Shown here one piece after another: positions 55,719 through 64,000 of a stretch of 64,000 nt of DNA. A program made the translations under genes and the position numbers. Numbering within the stretch: the first letter of the stretch is position 1; each line of letters opens with the position of its first letter. This DNA is from Spirochaetia bacterium (GTDB lineage Bacteria > Spirochaetota > Spirochaetia > SZUA-6 > Bin103): NCBI GenBank assembly GCA_965203905.1, contig CBDBDQ010000005.1:7168001-7232000 (forward strand), given 5' to 3'. The notes beneath the pieces were generated by a model. That model ran no database searches, was not told where the DNA came from, and saw only the letters and a program-made list of their open reading frames with translations.

Positions 55719-57236
55719 ATGGATACTGTGGCTACCGCGACCCCTACCGGCTTCTCCTCCTCGCTCTCCGGGCTCCCCGACCAGGTGCTGCTGGCGCACA
55801 CCAGGTCCCTCGTCCTGCACGAGCAGGCGCTGCAGCTCGCCGTCCTCGACCACCTGCGCGAGATCCACGCCCGCCACCTGCACCTGCGCCTCGGCTTCTC
55901 CAGCCTGTTCGACTACGCGGTGCGCGAACTGGGCTACAGCGAAGGCGCCGCCTGGCGCCGTATCAAAGCCATGCGCCTGTGCTCCGATACCGCCGGGACA
56001 CGCGAGCGGCTGCAGGACGGCTCGCTCTCCCTGAGCGCGGCGGCGCAGTTGCAGAACACCTTCGATCTCCTGCAGCGCACGGCGACCGCCGTCGCGGACC
56101 CCGGCTCGCCACCCGCGGCACCGGAGCTGCTGCCGCGCGCCACGGGGGCGACGCCGGAGACGGGGGCTTCGGGGGCCGCGGCAGCGGCGCCGGCGCGAGC
56201 GGTGCCGGCGCTGGACGCGGCGCAGCGGCAGGAGCTGGTCGCGCAGGCGAGCGGCAAGAGCACCCGCGAGGTGAAGCAGTTGTTGGCCGCGGTGGCTCCC
56301 GAGCTGGCGTGGCCGGCCGATCGCCTGCGGGCGCTGGGCGACGGCCGCTGCGAGCTGAAGGTGGTGATCGACTCTGCCTGTCAGTGTGGGATCGAGCAGC
56401 TGCGGGCACTGCTGTCGCACGTGGACCCGCACCTGACGCTGGGGCAGTTGGTGGAGCGGCTGGTGCAGGACGGCCTGCAGCGCTACGACCCGGGGCGACC
56501 GCCGCGCGGTCGCAGAGGTGGGCGCCGGGAGGCAAGCGCGGGCCAGGCGCCGGAGACGAAGCCGCAGGAAGCGCCGGCGGGCGGAGCGACTTCGCCGGCG
56601 AAGCGGGGCACGCAAAAGAAACCCGGAGCGCCGCCGCCGGAGGGCACGAGCGCCGGTGGCAGCACCTCGGCGGTGGCAGCGCTGTCCGCGCCGCCTTCGG
56701 GGCGCGAGACTTGCGGCGGCAGCACCCCGGTGAGTGCCAAGCCAGCGGCGGCGGCGCCCGGCACCACTACTTCGGCGGCGAAGGTGGCGGCTGGTTGCGG
56801 GTCCCGCGCCACCGTACCGCCGTTGCCAGCAGACCGGAGCTTGCCGACCCCGCGGGAAGCAGCGGATCGCGGTCGCAACGCTCCTTCGCCAGCGAAGCGG
56901 GCAGGGGCGGCGCAGCTCGACGGCCGTTCGCAGCCGCAGCCAGAGGCAGCCGGCCCCTCCGGAGGCAGCGCGCAGCCGCCCCACCGGGCGCGCCGATCCC
57001 GCTACATCCCGGTACCAGTGCGGCGCGAGGTGTGGCGACGCGACGGCGGCTGCTGCAGTTACGTCGATCCGCACAGCGGACGGCGCTGCGGCTCCCGCTT
57101 CCTGCTGGAGCTTGACCACATCGTTCCCTTCGCCCTCGGCGGCGGTGCGGAGCCCGGGAACTTGCGCCTTCGCTGTCGAGCCCACCACCGCTTCCGGCAT
57201 CGGGAGGACGCGCCGTCGCCAGACGGGGCCACGTGA
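55719..57236 (+). CDS. HNH endonuclease with helical DUF222-like N-terminal domain and low-complexity linker
   Basis: N-terminal LGFSSLFDYAVRELGYSEGAAWRRI; C-terminal RYIP..VRREVWRRDGGCC...C...LELDHIVPFALGG...NLRLRCRAHH. Confidence 0.85.
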   Translation: MDTVATATPTGFSSSLSGLPDQVLLAHTRSLVLHEQALQLAVLDHLREIHARHLHLRLGFSSLFDYAVRELGYSEGAAWRRIKAMRLCSDTAGTRERLQDGSLSLSAAAQLQNTFDLLQRTATAVADPGSPPAAPELLPRATGATPETGASGAAAAAPARAVPALDAAQRQELVAQASGKSTREVKQLLAAVAPELAWPADRLRALGDGRCELKVVIDSACQCGIEQLRALLSHVDPHLTLGQLVERLVQDGLQRYDPGRPPRGRRGGRREASAGQAPETKPQEAPAGGATSPAKRGTQKKPGAPPPEGTSAGGSTSAVAALSAPPSGRETCGGSTPVSAKPAAAAPGTTTSAAKVAAGCGSRATVPPLPADRSLPTPREAADRGRNAPSPAKRAGAAQLDGRSQPQPEAAGPSGGSAQPPHRARRSRYIPVPVRREVWRRDGGCCSYVDPHSGRRCGSRFLLELDHIVPFALGGGAEPGNLRLRCRAHHRFRHREDAPSPDGAT

Positions 57237-57495
57237 ACGGCGCTCGCCGGGGTGCGAGTTGGGCGGTTGGGCCGTCGGGCGTCGGTCCGAGGGCAGCGGG
57301 AGCAACTGTCTATTTGCCGCCGGCTTGTCGCGCCGCGTGGGATAGTCCTGAGGCCGAACGCCGACGCGGCGAGGTCGCGCTCCTCCGAGCCGGCTGTCGT
57401 TCCTTCCACGAGCCGTCCACTCGCCGCCGCCGGCACCGCCAGGGCCGCAGGATCCTCGGGTGATCCAGGACGCCAACTCCGGCTACCATGAAGGG

Positions 57496-58812
<1,317 letters not shown>

Positions 58813-58963
58813 ACTGGCCCGGCCACCGGCTTGACCGGTGCCGCCAGCGTGCCACGGCGTCTATTGCGTTGACGGCGGGTTGCCCCGACGCAATCACGGG
58901 TTGTGGTGGTGGCCTGGGTGGAGTGTCTTCCATACGGTATCATTCCGATCTGAGTCTTCCGAC

Positions 58964-59761
58964 TCAGGCACGCCAAACGAGTTCATCGAGCGGAATGCCG
59001 GGGTCGACGCGGTGGGCCGGCGGCAGCGGCTCTGCCACCGGCACGGTCCCGCAGAGCCAGTTCCAGGTGTGCTCACCCCGGCGCCGGTCGCGATAGGACT
59101 CGACCTCCGTCACGTACGGGTGCCTCTCGGGGTACTGGAACGCGGGAACGGCGGAAGACGCGGTCACCCAGTCCCGCTTCGGCAGCGTGTTCCGGTAGTA
59201 GGAGAACTTGATCATGCCGCGCCGCGTCGCGTTCAGCTTCGGTCCCGCCTTGTGCCAGATCCCATACCGGGTCAGGACAACGGTCCCTGCCGGAACGGTA
59301 AGCGAAAGTTGCCCCAGAATGTCCCCGTAGTGGGCTATCGCCTCGCGATCGACCACCCGTTGGTGGGAGCCGGGCAGAACCATCGTCGGACCATCTTCGA
59401 GTTCCACCGCCTGCGGATAGTAGTAGCACTGCAGATGGGTGATGCCGTAGCCCTGGTCGGTGAGCCCATCGGAATGCCACGTCTGCCCACCGTGTGGGGC
59501 CTCGTAGAGATGGTGGTGTGCGCTTGCCGGCACCAGGAGGTTGGCGCCCAGCAGCGAACGAGCCACGCCACCGACCTGCGCTTGCAGAAGCACCTCGCGG
59601 CGGAACGCCTCGCTGCGCACGAAGTCGGTCAGGTGGCCGGCGGGCACCGATCCGCATGCCCTGTTAAGCGCGCTGTCGACGACGCCCTCCAGCATGACGT
59701 AACCGTCGTGGATGAAACGCATCACCTGTTCATCGTTCAAGGTCGGCTCGATATCCCTCAT
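58964..59761 (-). CDS. Phytanoyl-CoA dioxygenase (PhyH) family protein
   Basis: FIHDGYV, WHSDG, YYYPQ, GPTMVLPGSH, IWH...R. Confidence 0.88.
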   Translation of the reverse strand: MRDIEPTLNDEQVMRFIHDGYVMLEGVVDSALNRACGSVPAGHLTDFVRSEAFRREVLLQAQVGGVARSLLGANLLVPASAHHHLYEAPHGGQTWHSDGLTDQGYGITHLQCYYYPQAVELEDGPTMVLPGSHQRVVDREAIAHYGDILGQLSLTVPAGTVVLTRYGIWHKAGPKLNATRRGMIKFSYYRNTLPKRDWVTASSAVPAFQYPERHPYVTEVESYRDRRRGEHTWNWLCGTVPVAEPLPPAHRVDPGIPLDELVWRA

Positions 59762-59762
59762 G

Positions 59763-60185
59763 TCACCCGTACCTTTCCAGTATGAACTCGAACCCGAGGT
59801 AGGCGTTATCGAGATCGGAAAAACGGTACACTTCGGGCCGCGGAAACTGCACGATCCGCCACCCGTCGCGGACCGCGTCGAGCACCGATGTGTAGGGGAT
59901 GTCCTGCGACGGCAGCACCGGTTCGTCGGACGCGGCGGGATCGTAGAGCGTCCACGCGCTGAGCGAAGAGCGCGGGTTGGTCGACTTCGAATAGAGGTAG
60001 AGAAGCGTCTGGCGGGGCGCGTGTTCCGCCTCCAGGACGCTGACGCCCTGACGCAGATCCGCCTCGGTGAGCACGCCGGTTCGCAGCTTTTGCAGGCAAC
60101 CGTCGAGCCAATCCCTGACTGCCGACCTGGTCCGAAACTGGCGGCCACCGTGCACTGCTCCATCGGAGTGACCGTGCTGACTCAC
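59763..60185 (-). CDS. Hypothetical protein translationally coupled to the PhyH gene
   Basis: Ends 1 nt before the PhyH ATG; RQTLLYL, W..YD, PY.SVLDAVRDGWRIVQFP, FEFILE. Confidence 0.7.
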   Translation of the reverse strand: MSQHGHSDGAVHGGRQFRTRSAVRDWLDGCLQKLRTGVLTEADLRQGVSVLEAEHAPRQTLLYLYSKSTNPRSSLSAWTLYDPAASDEPVLPSQDIPYTSVLDAVRDGWRIVQFPRPEVYRFSDLDNAYLGFEFILERYG

Positions 60186-60290
60186 GGGGCCAGCGTATGG
60201 TGCGCCCGGTCGGTTTGTCCATCCGCGGTGACGCCTCCCGCCCCCGAGATCCGTTGTCGAACCGGCCCGACTAGTCCATAGTTTACGTCC

Positions 60291-60557
60291 ATGGACAAAA
60301 GAACGATTCCCGCGGGCGAATTCAAGCAGAAGTGTCTCGCCCTTATCGACCAGGTCGCCGCGACCGGCACCGCGATCGTCATCAGCAAGTATGGAAAGCC
60401 CGTGGCCCGCTTGATGCCGCTGGAGGAACCGGAGCAGACCGAGCAGCGGATTCTGGATGCACTCCGCTCCGGCAGCGGCGGCATGCTCGTGGATGAGGAA
60501 ACGTTCCTGGCGCCCACGGCGGATATCGCCGGCTGGCCCTCGGACGCCGCACCATGA
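60291..60557 (+). CDS. Phd/YefM-family antitoxin
   Basis: IPAGEFKQKCLALIDQV...IVISKYGKPVARLMP. Confidence 0.9.
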   Translation: MDKRTIPAGEFKQKCLALIDQVAATGTAIVISKYGKPVARLMPLEEPEQTEQRILDALRSGSGGMLVDEETFLAPTADIAGWPSDAAP

Positions 60558-60940
60558 TCACCCTCGACACCCATGTCGCCGTATGGTGGACCCAGACGCC
60601 CGAGCACCTCAGCCCGGCGGCGGCACAGAGCATTCACCGCGCGGACCGGATCCTGGTTCCCGCGATCGTGTTCTGGGAGGTCGCGCTGCTGGTACGCAAG
60701 GAGCGCCTGCGGCTGAACAACGATCAGCCGGCCGGGGCATGGGCGCAGCAGGTGCTGGCAATCCCGCGCGTCCAGGAAGTTCCACTCACCCAGCGGCTCG
60801 CGGTTGCCGCCGACGCGGCCGCCATGCACGCCGATCCCGCGGACCGGTTCATCGCGGTGACCGCGCATGACCTGAGTGCACCGCTGGTCACCAAGGATCA
60901 CCTGATGCGAAACCTTCCCTGGCTCCCGACGGTGTGGTGA
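60554..60940 (+). CDS. vapC: VapC PIN-domain toxin
   Basis: LDTH, WEVA, HADPADRFI, LVTKD; ATGA overlap with antitoxin. Confidence 0.9.
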   Translation: MITLDTHVAVWWTQTPEHLSPAAAQSIHRADRILVPAIVFWEVALLVRKERLRLNNDQPAGAWAQQVLAIPRVQEVPLTQRLAVAADAAAMHADPADRFIAVTAHDLSAPLVTKDHLMRNLPWLPTVW

Positions 60941-61306
60941 TTGCATCGTAATCCGCGCGCCCTCAGGCGATTCCTCGCCCGGTCACGGTCTGGGAGATGC
61001 AGCGACCGCCGCGGCTACGGGTCGGCGCTGGCCAGATGATTCGCCGTCACCGCGGTTGACCGCAGCAACCGCGCCAACTACATTACGCTCTTTCCCGAGT
61101 CGCAGCCCGCTGCGGCGCGCCGTTTCATTCGATACAAGTGCCACGTTTCCCATGTTTCGCAAGATGAGTTACCACGAGCCGGCACGGTCACTCCGTGACA
61201 CGGAAGACCATGAAACCGTCGCATGGCGCAGTGCATGGTGACCGCCACTTTCGGATCAGACCAGCATCGGGCCGGCTCGGGCCGGCCGTGCACTAACTGC
61301 GGCTAG

Positions 61307-62701
61307 ATGATCCGCGGCGCTGGATGGAAGCGGTGGCCGTGGAGGTGGTTCCGTGGCTGGTTCCACAGCCATCGCACGCACATCGATCGCCGGCTCCACG
61401 TGGAGGTAGGGCGCGGGGCCGTCGCCCGCTACGTGGTCAGCCGCAAGGATCTGCCCGCGTTCCGGTTCGTGGATCTGTATCGCGCGATCGACGCTTGCCT
61501 GGCCTCCGTCGACAACGTGCGGTGCATCGAGTCCGACAACAGCGAGAGCCTGAACAGACTGTTGCACGGCCGCGTCAACCGCTGGGACTCGCGCAGGATC
61601 ACGAGGTCGCCGCGCACGGCATGGACCGTCGGCCCCGATGAAGAGGTCTTTCTCCCGACCGATCGCTACTGGATCTTTCCCGAGGACGCGACGGCCGCCT
61701 GCGCCATCATCCGCCTGCGCTACGACCGGGAGCACGAAACGGCGGTCCTCGCTGTCGCGGGGATCGATTCGGATCGGGTCGACGCACTGCTCAAGCGGCT
61801 GATCGCCGACAGCATCGTCACCTCGATCTATCGGGCACGGCTACTCACCCTGTCCTACGAGACGGGGACGCGCGACGAGCTTGGCGATGTCGAGAAACCG
61901 GAACGCCTGCGGGTCAGCTTCACGGTCGCCGCGCCGGTGTCGCGGCGTGAATTCGTGGTCGACGAGGAGTTGTACAAGCTGCTGTGGCGGAACGTCGTGG
62001 ATCTCCACGAGCGACGCCAGGTTCTCAAGACGCACGGCGTCCCGATCCGCCGCGGAGTCCTGCTGTACGGACCGCCGGGAACCGGGAAGACGTTCGCCTG
62101 CCGTTACCTCTGTGGGCAATTGCCCGACACCACCCGTATCGTGGTTGCCGGCACTGCCCTGAATCGGATCGGTCAGTTGTTCGACTTCGCATGTACCTAT
62201 CAACCGTCGGTGGTGATCCTGGAGGACGTCGACCTCGCCTTCGCCGCCCGCGACATCAGCCTCTACTCCTCGTCGTTGGGTGATCTGCTCGACCGGATGG
62301 ACGGACTGCGCCCGTCAGACGACGTGGGGGTGATTCTGACGACCAATTCGATCGAACGTCTGGAAGCCGCGATCAAGGACCGTCCGGGACGCATCAGCCA
62401 GTGCGTGTACTTTGGACCGCCCGGGGAGACGTTGCGGCGCCGCTACCTCGAGCACTACGCCGAGGGGTACGACTGCACCGCGGCTGACGTGGAGCGACTG
62501 GTCGCCATGAGTGAGGGGACGACGCCGGCCTTCCTCAAGGAGTGGGTCCATCGCACGGTGCAGATTGCGACGGAGGTTCTGGACGGAGAGGATGGAGAGG
62601 AGCGCCTGCGCCTGTCGCAGGACGCCTTCCAGGAGGCGTTCGACGAGATGAAGCACGCGGGCGACTCATCGGCGCGTATCGTCGGCTTCCTCCCGGAGTG
62701 A
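61307..62701 (+). CDS. AAA+ ATPase with uncharacterised N-terminal domain
   Basis: RRGVLLYGPPGTGKT, VILEDVD, TTN..LEAAIKDRPGR; start uncertain. Confidence 0.85.
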   Translation: MIRGAGWKRWPWRWFRGWFHSHRTHIDRRLHVEVGRGAVARYVVSRKDLPAFRFVDLYRAIDACLASVDNVRCIESDNSESLNRLLHGRVNRWDSRRITRSPRTAWTVGPDEEVFLPTDRYWIFPEDATAACAIIRLRYDREHETAVLAVAGIDSDRVDALLKRLIADSIVTSIYRARLLTLSYETGTRDELGDVEKPERLRVSFTVAAPVSRREFVVDEELYKLLWRNVVDLHERRQVLKTHGVPIRRGVLLYGPPGTGKTFACRYLCGQLPDTTRIVVAGTALNRIGQLFDFACTYQPSVVILEDVDLAFAARDISLYSSSLGDLLDRMDGLRPSDDVGVILTTNSIERLEAAIKDRPGRISQCVYFGPPGETLRRRYLEHYAEGYDCTAADVERLVAMSEGTTPAFLKEWVHRTVQIATEVLDGEDGEERLRLSQDAFQEAFDEMKHAGDSSARIVGFLPE

Positions 62702-62741
62702 GCCGCATGGGCGCCACCGGCATTACCCTGCTCGCCCCAAG

Positions 62742-63125
62742 CTACGACAGTCGCTTGAGGCGGAAGTTCTCGAAGCGAATCCAATGTTGTTCATCCGCCG
62801 GGCCGTTGTAGCACTAGATGCTCACCTGGTCGTTGCCTGGCGGCGGAAGTTCGCCCTTCGCGGCGGTCTGGAATTCGGTATCGCCTTGCGGGCAATACTG
62901 CGCCTCCCAGGAATCGGCGGTAACCAGCAGGCGCAGGCGGACGCTCTTGGTCGGCATCGGCTGTCTGCCGGGGATGATGTAGAGTTGGCCATCGACGAGT
63001 TCCTTGACCTCCTTGAACACCGGTTTGCCGGCTTGGTACCAGGTGATTCCCGCCTGCTCGTACTGTTGCGTGGGAAGCGTATGGTTGGTGACCGTTACTT
63101 CGACGGCGAAGGTGCCTTCACTCTT
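62742..63125 (-). pseudogene. 5'-truncated beta-sandwich (DUF1349/ConA-like) gene fragment with in-frame TAG
   Basis: Frame reads EGTFAVEVTV...QQYEQAGITWY...DQVSI*CYNGPADEQHWIRFENFRLKRLS*; TAG at 62814-62816; an in-frame TGA bounds the fragment upstream. Confidence 0.55.
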
Positions 63126-63174
63126 TCACGCACGCGGCAAACTCTCAACAGCTCCCCATCGCCTCCGCGGTGGG

Positions 63175-63978
63175 TCAGCGTCTGCGCCAGACGGGGGGCC
63201 GTTTCTCGATGAACGCCTGCATGCCCTCGCGGGCGTCTTCGCTGGCCAGCATTGCGTCGTAGGCGGGGTAGGTGGCAGCGAATGCGGCCTCGACGGAGCC
63301 GTGGGCCAGCCCCCGGAGCATCATCTGCTTGGTGGCGCGCAGGGCGAGGGGGGCAGCGGCCAGCAGCGCGCCGGCCCAGCGCGCGACCTCCGCGGTCAGC
63401 TCGGCGGCATCCACCACGGCGTTGAGCAGGCCGTAGTTCAGCGCTTCCTCGGCGCTGAAGAGGCGGCCGGTGAGGGCGATCTCCATCGCCTGCTTGAGAG
63501 GGACCTGGCGCGCCAGGCGGTGCAGGCCGCCGTGGGCGGCCAGGCCGACGCGCGGCTCGGGCAGCCCGAAGCGGGCGTGGCGGGCGGCGATCGCCAGGTC
63601 GCAGGCCAGCACCAGCTCCAGGCCGCCGCCGATGGCGTCGCCGTTGACCGCCGCGATCACCGGCTTGTCCAGGTCGAAGCGCTCGGTGAGCCCGCCGAAG
63701 CCGGTGGCCGGCATCTCGTCCACCGCGCTGCGCGCCCGCTCCTTGAGGTCGGTGCCGACGCAGAACGCGCGCGCGCCGGCGCCGGTGAGAACGAGCACGC
63801 GCGCCGCCCGGTCCGCGGCGTAGGCGTCGAACACCGCCGCCAGCTCGGCATGGGCCGCCGGATGCAGCGCATTGCGGCGCTCCGGGCGGTTCATGGTGAC
63901 GGTAACCACGGCGCCGTCGCGCCGCACCCCGAGATGCTCCAGCGCCCGTTCGTCGAGCGGATTCTTGACAGGGGCCAT
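63175..63978 (-). CDS. Enoyl-CoA hydratase/isomerase (crotonase) family protein
   Basis: NRPERRNAL, AFCVGTDL, KPVIAAVNG.AIGGGLEL, FGLPE..VGL, FIEKR. Confidence 0.92.
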   Translation of the reverse strand: MAPVKNPLDERALEHLGVRRDGAVVTVTMNRPERRNALHPAAHAELAAVFDAYAADRAARVLVLTGAGARAFCVGTDLKERARSAVDEMPATGFGGLTERFDLDKPVIAAVNGDAIGGGLELVLACDLAIAARHARFGLPEPRVGLAAHGGLHRLARQVPLKQAMEIALTGRLFSAEEALNYGLLNAVVDAAELTAEVARWAGALLAAAPLALRATKQMMLRGLAHGSVEAAFAATYPAYDAMLASEDAREGMQAFIEKRPPVWRRR

Positions 63979-64000
63979 GTCTCACCCTACCCTGCCGAGG

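Noticed and set aside
56590-56897. Canonical CRISPR array
   Set aside because: Repeats are only 14 bp, spacing is long and uneven, they lie in a CDS, and no cas genes are present; kept only as an unexplained repeat.
60941-61306. Possible ncRNA or riboswitch in the intergenic gap
   Set aside because: Only short hairpins; no recognisable conserved RNA motif by eye. An Rfam/Infernal scan would be needed.
62814-62816. Pyrrolysine or stop-codon reassignment at the TAG
   Set aside because: The gene is also 5'-truncated, the family is not a methylamine methyltransferase, and TAG is a normal stop for many genes here.

Overview
GC-rich bacterial chromosome segment with about 55 genes, mostly catabolic or redox enzymes (SDRs, aminotransferases, three PhyH-family dioxygenases, two membrane His-box desaturase/oxygenases, P450, sialidase, esterases, a sugar ABC transporter). 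The main biosynthetic locus is a monomodular type I PKS/FAS (KS-AT-DH-ER-KR-ACP, 12148-19260) plus a thioester-reductase/sulfotransferase fusion (7469-9979). This matches the swfA/swfB cluster described from sponge symbionts. The two genes are separated by a decayed two-gene module carrying an intact single-ORF IS66 element (14-bp TIRs, 8-bp TSD). Other notable items: a UGA-recoded (UxxC) peroxiredoxin-like selenoprotein with a SECIS-like hairpin; a solitary HNH gene whose linker carries repeated palindromes and which has long non-coding flanks; an NCS2 permease fused to a degenerate RsbW-like domain; a ParA-CHAD pair; an ABC-ATPase/TOPRIM-like (PARIS-like) pair; one clear and one candidate toxin-antitoxin module; several gene remnants; and many -10 boxes placed 5-7 nt before start codons (leaderless pattern). 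A sponge-associated host, possibly Spirochaetota, is an inference from gene content only. No rRNA, tRNA or CRISPR array was seen. All family assignments come from motif recognition by eye; no searches were run.
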